DNA of 64,000 bases. Origin: an uncultured Methylomirabilota bacterium. GTDB taxonomy: Bacteria > Methylomirabilota > Methylomirabilia > Methylomirabilales > 2-02-FULL-66-22. This document shows, one piece after another, positions 30,234-38,947 of this stretch (positions are counted from its first letter, which is position 1; each line of letters opens with the position of its first letter). Made by a program: the position numbers and the translations under genes. The notes under the pieces are model-generated. The model saw nothing but the letters and a program-made list of their open reading frames with translations. It had not been told where the DNA came from and did no database searches. The stretch lies in contig OY970067.1 in NCBI GenBank assembly GCA_963705305.1, positions 4,992,001 to 5,056,000 on the forward strand, written 5' to 3'.

Positions 30234-30814
30234 AGCGTGGGCGTCTGCGGACGGCCCGTTCCGGGCCATTCCGGCGCCAGGCTCTGCGCGATGCCCAGCC
30301 GGTCCAGGATCCGACCCACCGTGTGATCCACGATATCCTCCAGCGTCTTCGGACGGGTGTAAAAGGCCGGCATGGGCGGAAAGATCACCGCCCCCATCTC
30401 GGCCAGCAGCGCCAGCTGGCGGAGATGGCCCAGGTGCAGCGGCGTCTCGCGCACCCCCACGATCAGGGGGCGCCCCTCCTTCAGCGTGACATCCCCCGCC
30501 CGGCACAGCAGGGTGTCCCCGCAGCAGCCAGCCAGGGCCGATGCCGTCCGGATGCTGCACGGCAGGATCACCATGCCGGCAGTCTTGAACGATCCGCTGG
30601 CCAGGGCTGCCCCCACGTCCCGGTTGTCATACGCCCGGGTCGCCAGCGCCTCCACGTCCTTGACGGCGTAATCGGTCTCTTCCGACAGGGTCCGCTTCGC
30701 CGGCGACGTGATGATCAGGTGGGTCTCCAGGTCGGGGAGGTCGCGAAGGACCTCCAGCAGGCGGATGCCGTAGATGGTCCCGGTCGAGCCCGAGATGCCG
30801 ACAATCAGCCTCAT
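30230..30814 (-). CDS. ubiX: Flavin prenyltransferase
   Basis: GISGSTG, ASGSF, PCS, RETPL, PPMPAFY. Confidence 0.93.
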   Translation of the reverse strand: MRLIVGISGSTGTIYGIRLLEVLRDLPDLETHLIITSPAKRTLSEETDYAVKDVEALATRAYDNRDVGAALASGSFKTAGMVILPCSIRTASALAGCCGDTLLCRAGDVTLKEGRPLIVGVRETPLHLGHLRQLALLAEMGAVIFPPMPAFYTRPKTLEDIVDHTVGRILDRLGIAQSLAPEWPGTGRPQTPTL

Positions 30815-30865
30815 GCCTCCCCCCGCTGACCGTCCAGAAGGGCCGCCAGGACATCCGGCAGCCTG

Positions 30866-31672
30866 TCACCGGGCGCTCGGACCGTCCTGTCGCTCGCCCG
30901 CCCGCTTCCGCCGCATCAGCCAAAGCGCCCCCGCCGATCCCACCACCAGCACGGCGCTCACCAGCTGGGCGACCCGGAAGCTGCCCAGCATCAAGCTGTC
31001 GATCCGGAGTCCCTCTACAAAGAACCGTCCGATGGAGTACAGTCCCAGATAGCAGAGCGTCAGCGCCGCCGGCCTATCCTGCAGGCGCTTGCGCAGGCCG
31101 AACCACAGCAGCAGAAAAACCAGGAAGTCCCAGAGCGATTCGTAGAGGAAGGTCGGATGAAAGTACTCGAAGCGCGCCAGCTGTGGGGGCCGGTGGGCCG
31201 GATCGATGTAGAGCTTCCAGGGAAGATCAGTAGGAACGCCGAAGGCCTCCTGATTGAAGAAGTTCCCCCAGCGTCCGATGGCCTGCCCCAAGATCACGCT
31301 GGGGGCGAAGATGTCCAGGGTGAGCAGCAGCGGGATCCGGGCGCGGCGGCAATACAGCACGGTGGCCAGGGTCCCTGCGATCAGGCCCCCGTGGATGGCG
31401 AGGCCCCCCTCCCACACCGCCACGATCTTGGCGGGGTGGACGCCGTAGTAGTCCCAGTTGAAGAGCACGTAGTACAGCCGCGCGCCCACCAGGGCACTGA
31501 GGACAACCACGACGATGACGTTGAGAATCTTGTCCGGATCCTGCCCGCGCCGGATGGCCTCGCGGTGCGCCAGGCTGGTTCCCAGGAGGACTCCGGTGGC
31601 GATGAGGAGGCCGTACCAGCGAACGGCCAGCGGCCCGAAGCTGAAAGCAATTGCGCCCGGGGAGGCAAACAT
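30866..31672 (-). CDS. lgt: Prolipoprotein diacylglyceryl transferase
   Basis: VRWYG, GARLYY, GGLAIHGG, GRWGNFFNQE, HPTFLYE. Confidence 0.95.
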   Translation of the reverse strand: MFASPGAIAFSFGPLAVRWYGLLIATGVLLGTSLAHREAIRRGQDPDKILNVIVVVVLSALVGARLYYVLFNWDYYGVHPAKIVAVWEGGLAIHGGLIAGTLATVLYCRRARIPLLLTLDIFAPSVILGQAIGRWGNFFNQEAFGVPTDLPWKLYIDPAHRPPQLARFEYFHPTFLYESLWDFLVFLLLWFGLRKRLQDRPAALTLCYLGLYSIGRFFVEGLRIDSLMLGSFRVAQLVSAVLVVGSAGALWLMRRKRAGERQDGPSAR

Positions 31673-31992
31673 TTCGACTCCTCTGTGGTGTGGAACCTCT
31701 GCCTGCCGGCCGGAAGGCGGGATGCCGGAGCACCCCTCGACATGGGATGGATGTCCCCCGTCGCCCGCCCGGCGGCACCGCCGTTCGCGCCACGATAGTC
31801 TTGGAGTCCGCATCAAGTCAAGCGAAAGTCCCCCGTCCCTCCCTTTGGAAGCCTGCCGATTCTCCGCCGTCCCCGCAGACCGGCACCGCCTCGGAACGCC
31901 TGCGGGGGCGCCCAGTTTGTTCCGGTCGGGAGACGGTATTCCGCGCGGCGCGGCAGGGGGGCGCCATATCCGGAAGGAGCCTGCGAGGCCGG

Positions 31993-32952
31993 CTAACGGC
32001 GACCGGAGCCCCGGGAGCCGCGCCCGGCCCCGGACGCCGACTGCCCCGCGCCCATCTCGCGGGGGGGAAGGATATGATAGGCGACGCCCTCGACCAGCGG
32101 CATGGGCTGAAAACCGAAGCTCCGCTTGACCGCATCCAGGGCCGTGATGGTTCCCACCTCCAGCAGCTCCAGGTGGCGGTATCCCAGAAAGGGACTCTGC
32201 CCCAAGCCTTCCAACGCCCGCCCCAGCCAGCCGGCCATCCGGCGCGAGAGGTGGATCTTCACCGGCGCCACGTTCAGCATCTTGCCCACCTGCTCCGCAA
32301 TCTCCTCGTAGGTCAGGTGCTGGGGGCCTCCGACGGGGATGGTCCGATCCAGGGCCTCTTCGTCCTCGAGGGCCCGCACGAAGCATGAGACGACGTCGCC
32401 CACCCAGATGGGCTGGAGCATGGCCTTCCCCGTGCCCGGAATCACCACCATGCCCAGGCGCTGGAGCAGTCGGGCCATGTTGCTGATAAGGCGATCGCCG
32501 GCACCGAACATCAGGGAGGATTGCAGGACGACAAAGGGGAGGCCGCTCTCCCGGAGGCGATCCTCGGCCATCCCCCGACTCCGCAGGAAGGGGAGGCCGG
32601 CGGAGGCCCCGCTCCCCAGCGGGCTGATCATGAGGATCCGCTCGACGCCTGCGGCACGGGCCCCCTCGATGAGGTGCTTCATGCCCGTCAGCTGGACATG
32701 CTCCACCACGGCATCCCGTCCCTCATGAATGGGGGCGGCCAGGTGGATTATCTTCTGACTCCCCTGGCAGGCGCGGGCGACTGCACTTGCATCCAGCAGA
32801 TGGCCCGGCACCAGCTCCGCCGGCTGGGTCCGCAGCCAGTCCACGCCGGGCGAGCCGGAGCGGACCAGGCAGCGCACCCCCTTGCCCGCGCCCAGCAGGC
32901 GCCGCACCAAATGGTGCCCGAGGAATCCCGTGCCCCCGGTGATCAAGATCAT
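31993..32952 (-). CDS. NAD-dependent epimerase / NDUFA9-like atypical SDR
   Basis: ITGGTGFLG, LQPIWVGDV, GGPQHLTY. Confidence 0.8.
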   Translation of the reverse strand: MILITGGTGFLGHHLVRRLLGAGKGVRCLVRSGSPGVDWLRTQPAELVPGHLLDASAVARACQGSQKIIHLAAPIHEGRDAVVEHVQLTGMKHLIEGARAAGVERILMISPLGSGASAGLPFLRSRGMAEDRLRESGLPFVVLQSSLMFGAGDRLISNMARLLQRLGMVVIPGTGKAMLQPIWVGDVVSCFVRALEDEEALDRTIPVGGPQHLTYEEIAEQVGKMLNVAPVKIHLSRRMAGWLGRALEGLGQSPFLGYRHLELLEVGTITALDAVKRSFGFQPMPLVEGVAYHILPPREMGAGQSASGAGRGSRGSGRR

Positions 32953-33055
32953 CGGTATCTATCCTGTCGTCCCGACCGGGATTCCACCCCAGTCGGGACG
33001 GCGCCTGCCTCCGCCCTATCCTTCCGTCTCCCCCGCCGGGCCGGCGGGGCACTTT

Positions 33056-33220
33056 TCAACTCTTTCTCGAGGTTTTGGCGAAGAACGAGGAGAAGACCGG
33101 TTCCGCTTTGCTCGATCCGCACTTGGGACACTTGATCCGTTTCCGCTCTCGCTCGGCGATGGAGAGGGTGAGCGAGAATCGCTTGCGGCACCCGCCACAA
33201 CGGAAGTCGTATGTCGGCAT
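33056..33220 (-). CDS. FmdB-family zinc-ribbon protein, 54 aa (not in the ORF track)
   Basis: MPTYDFRCGGCRKRFSLTLSIAERERKRIKCPKCGSSKAEPVFSSFFAKTSRKS; GGGGG RBS. Confidence 0.85.
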   Translation of the reverse strand: MPTYDFRCGGCRKRFSLTLSIAERERKRIKCPKCGSSKAEPVFSSFFAKTSRKS

Positions 33221-33296
33221 TGGCACCCCCTTCGTGAGAAGAGAAGCCCGAAACGGCCGCCCACCCTTGCCGGGGGCCTTCGGCCCCGAGGCGGCT

Positions 33297-33638
33297 CTAT
33301 GAGGCCTCGCGCAGCTTGCGCAGTCGTCGCTTCATCCGCTTGATCCGATGTCGAGCCACTCCTGCCCCCGTCCGGTCCTTGGCCTGCGCCGCCGCATCTC
33401 GATCGCTCTTCAGCGCTCGAATGGCCGCCTTTAGCTGGGCCGTCCCCATGCTGGCCGTCGCCTGCCCCTTCTCCTCCTTCGGGCGCAGCCCGAGGCGCAC
33501 CTCCTCGGTGATGATGGCCTCGACCAGCTCCTCCTTCTTCATGCCCGACACGCCGGTGACATTGGGATACTTCTCGATCGCCAGCTCCCGCAGCTTCGGC
33601 GCGGTCATCTTCTCCAGCTCAGCGCGCGTCGTCACCAT
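33297..33638 (-). CDS. Rho N-terminal-domain-like small basic protein
   Basis: LEKMTAPKLRELA...GVSGMKKEELVEAI; GGAGGAAGG RBS. Confidence 0.7.
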   Translation of the reverse strand: MVTTRAELEKMTAPKLRELAIEKYPNVTGVSGMKKEELVEAIITEEVRLGLRPKEEKGQATASMGTAQLKAAIRALKSDRDAAAQAKDRTGAGVARHRIKRMKRRLRKLREAS

Positions 33639-33834
33639 CCGCCTTCCTCCTGAGGACGATGCCACGATTGGCAGCGGATCCCCCGGATCCTCCGAGCGGG
33701 ATTCGCTGCGACTCCGGACCGATCCATTGGATTATATCCCTGCGGACTTAAAAATCAAGCCTGTGGCTGGCAGCGCGGATTCGGGAGGACCGGCAGCGGC
33801 GGGAAGGCCTCATCGCGCTTTGGACCCGCGGCGC

Positions 33835-35004
33835 CTATCCGGCGGCGGCGAGCGAGGCGAGGGCGGCCGCCACGCCCCCGGGGATGAAGGGGATCTTCGC
33901 CAGGGCCAGGCCCATCTCGACACCGCAGAGGGCTCCGGCCAGCGTGAGGTCGTTCAGGTCGCCGAGGTGCCCGATCCGGAACACGCGTCCCTTCAGCTTG
34001 CCCAGGCCGGTGCCCAGGGACAGGTCGAACCGCTCCAGCACGAGCTTTCGCAGGACATCCGCATCGTGACCGGCCGGCATCATCACGCCGGTGAGGGAAT
34101 TGCTGTATTCGGCGGAATTTCGGCAGACAACCTCCAGCCCCCAGCCCCGCACGGCGCGGCGTGTGGCTTCGGCGTGGCGGGCGTGGCGGGTGAAGACATT
34201 TTCGAGCCCCTCGTCGAGGAGCATCCGGATGGCCTCCTTGAGGCCGTAGAGCAGATTCGTCGCCGGGGTGTACGGGAAGAAGCCTGCGGCATTGTCCACC
34301 AGCATGGCCTCCCAGTCCCAGTAGGATCGGGGCAGGCGGGCCGACTTCGCCGCCGCCAGAGCCTTCTTGCTGATGGCGTTGATGCCCAGACCGGGGGGCA
34401 GCATCAGACCTTTCTGGGAGCAGCTCACGGTCACGTCCACCCCCCACTCGTCATGCCGGTACTCGATGGAGGCCAGGGAGGAGATCGTATCCACCAGAAG
34501 GAGGGCCGGATGGTTCGCTGCATCCAGCGCCTTCCGCACCCCGGACACATTGCTCGTCACGCCGGTGGAGGTCTCGTTATGCACCACAGCCACCGCCTTG
34601 ATCTGACGGGCGGTATCCTCGGCCAATTTAGCCTCCACCACCCCAGGATCCACGCCGCTGCGCCAGTCGCCGGGGACGAACTCCACCTCCAGCCCCAGCC
34701 GTACCGCCATGTTTCGCCAGAGGGTGGCGAAGTGACCGGTCTCGAACATCAGGATCCGGTCTCCGGGGGACAAGGTGTTCACCAGGGACGCCTCCCACGC
34801 GCCCGTGCCGGAGGACGGGAAGATCACCACCGGTCCCGCAGTCCGCACCACCTGCTGGAGTCCCGCCAGCACCTCGCGCGCCAGCCCCGCAAATTCGGGA
34901 CCCCGGTGGTCGATGGTCGGGTAGCTCAACGCCCGCAAGACGCGATCGGGCACGTTGCTGGGCCCGGGAATCTGCAGAAAGTGGCGTCCGCTCTTGGCGA
35001 CCAT
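33835..35004 (-). CDS. Serine/alanine-glyoxylate aminotransferase (class V PLP)
   Basis: GRHFLQIPGPSNVP, HNETSTG, DTISSL, SQKGLMLPPG, FRIGHLG. Confidence 0.9.
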   Translation of the reverse strand: MVAKSGRHFLQIPGPSNVPDRVLRALSYPTIDHRGPEFAGLAREVLAGLQQVVRTAGPVVIFPSSGTGAWEASLVNTLSPGDRILMFETGHFATLWRNMAVRLGLEVEFVPGDWRSGVDPGVVEAKLAEDTARQIKAVAVVHNETSTGVTSNVSGVRKALDAANHPALLLVDTISSLASIEYRHDEWGVDVTVSCSQKGLMLPPGLGINAISKKALAAAKSARLPRSYWDWEAMLVDNAAGFFPYTPATNLLYGLKEAIRMLLDEGLENVFTRHARHAEATRRAVRGWGLEVVCRNSAEYSNSLTGVMMPAGHDADVLRKLVLERFDLSLGTGLGKLKGRVFRIGHLGDLNDLTLAGALCGVEMGLALAKIPFIPGGVAAALASLAAAG

Positions 35005-35144
35005 ATCATTCCTCCCTGCCAGCTGGCCGGTTGTGGCTGCACGCTCAACCCAGACCTTGACCGAGCACGCGGGGGCGGTCGGAAACCGGCCGCGCCCACC
35101 CACGCGCGCCCCGAATGCCAATTGCCTGTGTTCAGGCCCCTTTG

Positions 35145-35375
35145 CAGGATGCTCAAATACCCGTGTTCGCCCAGGCTGCTCAAAAAGGCCCAGATGTCCC
35201 TCGACTTCGCTCGGGACCGTGAGCCTGTCGAACGGCAAGGCGGCGTCACCCATCCCTCGGGATGGGTACCCGGGGCGGGGCACCCGCCGCAGGCGGGTCA
35301 AGGCGTACTTCCGGTACGCCGCAACGAGTGCCCGAGCGCGTCAACGCGGCAGATGAGCCCTTTTTCAGCAGCCTG
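35145..35375. mobile_element. MITE-like element, copy 1 (longest, with internal hairpin modules)
   Basis: CAGGATGCTCAAA...CAGGCTGCTCAAAAAGG at the left end, CCTTTTTCAGCAGCCTG at the right end; abuts the gcl stop (TTAG). Confidence 0.75.
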
Positions 35376-37124
35376 TTAGCGGACCGCCGCCGGCTGGGGA
35401 ACCGGCACCTCCTCCGGCAGGTCGATCACGGGATCCCGCTCGACGATCTTGTCCAGAGCGATTCCCATGGCGGCGTCGGTCTCGCGATCTACGCGAATCT
35501 CGACGAGGACGGGGATCTTCCGGCTGTTGGACTCCTGGACGGCCCAGGCCAGCGCCGGCTTGATCTCCTCGGGCTTGATGATCCGCTTGCCGGCGCCTCC
35601 GAAACCCTCCATGATCTTGACGAAATCGGGCCCGTAGCCGTCCCCGTATCCGATATCCACGCCGTAGTTCATGTGGTAGAGATACTTGGACGGCTGCCGG
35701 ATCAGCGACAGGTAGCCGTTGTTCAACATGACCATCACGTAGGGCACGTTGTTCTGGACGGCGGTGGCCAGGTCCCCCAGGAGGAATTGGAAGGAATAGT
35801 CCCCCACCACGCCCACCACCTGCGCGGTCGGCTTGCCCAGCTTGATGCCCAGACAGGCCGGCACCTCCCAGCCCAGGGGACCCGCCTGGCCGCAACAGAA
35901 GTACGTGTGCGGCCTCCGGATCTCCTGAAACTGGCCCGACCAGATCTGGTACAGGCCGATGGCCGTGGCGAAAATGGTGTCGGGGCCGAAGAACTCGTTC
36001 AGCTCCTTGAAGACCCGCTGGGGCTTCAGCGGCACCTGGTCGAAGTCCATCTTGCGGCGGAAACGCCGCTTGTAGTCGGCGGCCTTCCGGCTCCAGTCGC
36101 TGGGAGAGCGCGGCGCCGTCATCTGCCTGGCCGTTCGCAGGAGCGATTCCACCGCCAGCTTGGCGTCCGCCACGATGCCGAGATCGGCCGGGAAGACCTT
36201 GCCGATGACGGTCGGCTCGATGTCGATGTGGATGAATTTGCGCCCGCCGCGGTAGACGCCCAGATCCCCGGTGTGCCGCTCGGCGAACCGGTTGCCGATG
36301 GAGAGGACCACATCGGACTCCAGGAACAGCTTGTTGCCGGCCCGGGTGTTGGTCTGTAGCCCGACCCGCCCTCCGTACAGCGGGTGATCGAAGGCGATGC
36401 CACCTTCGGCCATGTAGGTCGGAATGACGGGGATCTGCAGGTACTCCGCCAGCTCGACGAACTGCTGGCTGGCCCGGGCCAGCATGACCCCGCCGCCCAT
36501 CATCAGGATCGGCCGCTCGCCCTGCAGCAGCATCTCCAGAGCCCGCCGGATCTTGCGGGCGTCGGGGGACGGCTTGAAGACCTCCAGGGGCGCGTCGATG
36601 TCGGGATCGTACTCCACCTCCCCGCGCTGCACGTTCAGGGGCAGATCGATGAGCACCGGGCCGGGCCGACCCTCCCGGGCGATCCGGAAGGCCTCGCGGA
36701 ACACCTGCGGGATCTGGGCGCTCTCCTTGACGCAGTAGGTCTTCTTGGTCACCGGCTTGGCGATCTCGGCGATGTCCACCGCCTGGAAGGCCTCCGTGTG
36801 CAGCCGTTCCGAGAGCGCCTGGCCGGTGATGCACACGATGGGGATGGAGTCCCCCATGCAGGTGTAGAGGCCGGTCACCATGTTGGTCCCGGCGGGGCCC
36901 GAAGTCCCGATGGCCACGCCGACCTTGCCGGTGACGCGCGCCCACCCGTCGGCGGCGTGGGTGGCCCCCTCTTCGTGGCGCATGGTCAGGTGCCGGATCT
37001 TCTTGGACTTCGACAGCGCCTTGTACAGGGGCAGGATGGCGGCCCCGGGGATCCCGAAGCAGACGTCCACACCCTCGCTCTCGAGAATGTGCACGGCGGC
37101 TTCCATGACAGGCATCATGGCCAT
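35376..37124 (-). CDS. gcl: Glyoxylate carboligase (tartronate semialdehyde synthase)
   Basis: FGIPGAAILPLY, GTSGPAGT, EAFQAVDI, CGQAGPLGW, GDYSFQF, NNGYLSLIRQ. Confidence 0.93.
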   Translation of the reverse strand: MAMMPVMEAAVHILESEGVDVCFGIPGAAILPLYKALSKSKKIRHLTMRHEEGATHAADGWARVTGKVGVAIGTSGPAGTNMVTGLYTCMGDSIPIVCITGQALSERLHTEAFQAVDIAEIAKPVTKKTYCVKESAQIPQVFREAFRIAREGRPGPVLIDLPLNVQRGEVEYDPDIDAPLEVFKPSPDARKIRRALEMLLQGERPILMMGGGVMLARASQQFVELAEYLQIPVIPTYMAEGGIAFDHPLYGGRVGLQTNTRAGNKLFLESDVVLSIGNRFAERHTGDLGVYRGGRKFIHIDIEPTVIGKVFPADLGIVADAKLAVESLLRTARQMTAPRSPSDWSRKAADYKRRFRRKMDFDQVPLKPQRVFKELNEFFGPDTIFATAIGLYQIWSGQFQEIRRPHTYFCCGQAGPLGWEVPACLGIKLGKPTAQVVGVVGDYSFQFLLGDLATAVQNNVPYVMVMLNNGYLSLIRQPSKYLYHMNYGVDIGYGDGYGPDFVKIMEGFGGAGKRIIKPEEIKPALAWAVQESNSRKIPVLVEIRVDRETDAAMGIALDKIVERDPVIDLPEEVPVPQPAAVR

Positions 37125-37268
37125 GACGACCTCCTTGATCGGGGGGGCCCCGGGACCATCCGGGGGCCGATTATCGTAGTACTGACAGGCAGCCCGCCTG
37201 CGCCGCCCGGCATCTGCAGCTGATGCGCTGGCGGCGGACGGCGCGACCGCGGGACGTTCCGCGTCTGG

Positions 37269-38084
37269 CTAGACCGTGGCGCGATAGCCGAGCTCCGCGG
37301 AGATCTCGTCCGCGGTCCGCCGCATCAACGGAGCCAGCGCCGCCAGCCGCCGGGAGGTCAGGCGGATCGCCGGTCCCGAGACGCTCAGCGCTCCTTCCAC
37401 CTGCCCGGCGGCATTGTGGAGGGGCGCGGCGATGCAGCTGGCCCCCTCCTCGCACTCTTCCTGATCCAGGGCGAACCCTTGCAGCCGGGCCTGCTGCAGC
37501 TCGCGCCAGAACAGGCTGGGGGCGACGATCGTGCGAGGGGTGAGCGCCTCCAGCCGACCTTGGCCAAGCAGGGCCTCTGCCTCCGCGCGGGGACGATACG
37601 CCAGCAGGACCTTGCCCACCGCCGTGCAGTGCAGGGGGGCCCGGTGCCCGATGCGGGAGAAGTAACGGAGACTCTGCGGGCTCTCGACCTTGTCCAGATA
37701 CAGGACCTCCCGCCCCTCCAGGACCACCAGGTTTGATGTCTCCCCGGTCTCCCGGCTGAGGCGCTCCAGCCAGGGATGCACCAGGCCCCGCAGGTCGAGC
37801 TGGGCCAGATATGCCTCGGCCAGTCGCACGGACTGCGGACCCAGGGCATACCGGCCGGTCTCGGCGTTCTGCCGGGCGTAGCCCCTGGCGACCAGCGTGG
37901 CCAGGAGGCGGTGCGTGGTGCTCACGTGCAGGCCGACCTCTTTGCTGAGCGCCGCGATGCCCACCTCTCCGGGGCCGTCCCTCAAGGCCTCCAAGAGTGT
38001 CAGCGCCCGGCCGATTGATTGCACCCTCTCCCGCCCGTTGCCGGAACGGACCTCCGGAGCCTGGCGGGGTCTGCCCGCCCGCAT
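37269..38084 (-). CDS. IclR-family regulator (start could extend to 38132)
   Basis: VQSIGRALTLL, STTHRLLATL, TGETSNL, HCTAVGK, CIAAP, SVSGP. Confidence 0.9.
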   Translation of the reverse strand: MRAGRPRQAPEVRSGNGRERVQSIGRALTLLEALRDGPGEVGIAALSKEVGLHVSTTHRLLATLVARGYARQNAETGRYALGPQSVRLAEAYLAQLDLRGLVHPWLERLSRETGETSNLVVLEGREVLYLDKVESPQSLRYFSRIGHRAPLHCTAVGKVLLAYRPRAEAEALLGQGRLEALTPRTIVAPSLFWRELQQARLQGFALDQEECEEGASCIAAPLHNAAGQVEGALSVSGPAIRLTSRRLAALAPLMRRTADEISAELGYRATV

Positions 38085-38125
38085 GGGGGTGGCGGCCCGG
38101 CGGCCCGGCGGTGGGTTCTCTGATT

Positions 38126-38185
38126 TTCGCATTACGATAATTCCTTTCGTAATGTGAATCTAGCGCCTTATTCCGTCACTGTCAA
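38126..38185 (-). promoter_or_regulatory. iclR promoter and inverted-repeat operator
   Basis: TTGACA-17 bp-TAGATT on the minus strand; TTCGCATTACGA-N9-TCGTAATGTGAA (38126-38158). Confidence 0.7.
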
Positions 38186-38435
38186 TCCTGAACCGTGAAA
38201 CGTCTTGAACCGCCATGACGCCAAGGCCAGCCCATTCAACTTCGAAATTCGAATTTTCCCTTGGCGTGTTGACGCTGAGATAGTTGCGGAACGGAGCCAA
38301 CCCACAGCAGGCCGCGGCCAATGAAGGCCTGGGGATCGAAGCAGAGATCAAATCATGCAGATCTTGCTGCAGCTCACAGCGGCGAGGAAGATCATTTGAC
38401 GGCTGCGGCGCGCCTCGACGGCGGCCCTGACTCGC

Positions 38436-38477
38436 CTGGATTCCGGTCCCTCGACAGGCTCGGGGCCGGAATGACGG
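38436..38477. repeat. REP-like palindrome
   Basis: CTGGATTCCGG-TCCCTCGACAGGCTCGGGG-CCGGAATGACGG; the inner module resembles 35197-35216. Confidence 0.55.
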
Positions 38478-38512
38478 GGCCCGAAAAGCAAGGAAGCGTC
38501 GGGCGCATTCCC

Positions 38513-38770
38513 CTAGGAGGTGATCTTCAGGACCTCGTCGCCTTTCCGCACCCGATCCTTCACCCGGATCCCCACGACCTGCCCCACGCCGGCCTGCTGC
38601 ACGGCCTGATGCTCGAGCTGCATCGAATCCACCGGCTGCGTCAGGTCCGTGGTGTGCCCCTTGATCCGAATGGAATCCCCGACGGCCAGAGATCCCTGCG
38701 TCACCTGGATGCCGGCTACCCCGACCTTTGCAAAATAGTCCACCACCGTGCCGACCAAGACCTCGCCCAT
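38513..38770 (-). CDS. Small beta-barrel protein (U32 peptidase C-terminal / EF-Tu domain II-like)
   Basis: VGTVVDYFAKVGVAGI...GDSIRIKGHTTD...VRKGDEV; AGGAGGT RBS. Confidence 0.8.
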   Translation of the reverse strand: MGEVLVGTVVDYFAKVGVAGIQVTQGSLAVGDSIRIKGHTTDLTQPVDSMQLEHQAVQQAGVGQVVGIRVKDRVRKGDEVLKITS

Positions 38771-38947
38771 GATCGCACCTCCTGCGGCAAACTCGGGGGA
38801 GCCCCCCTCGCCGCGCGCTCTGCGGGTGTGGCAATGACGCTACCATCATCCCGGAGAGCGAGGCAAGGCTTTTCTCGCCCGGGTTTCATTGACAAGCCCC
38901 GCCTGCATCGGCTATAAACGCACAACCCTACACCGAAGGAGCGTCGA

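Noticed and set aside
33020..33058. TGA plus GC hairpin after the second zinc-ribbon gene as a possible Sec codon
   Set aside because: There is no Cys-motif context, the protein ends plausibly at AKTSRKS, and read-through gives no sensible extension.
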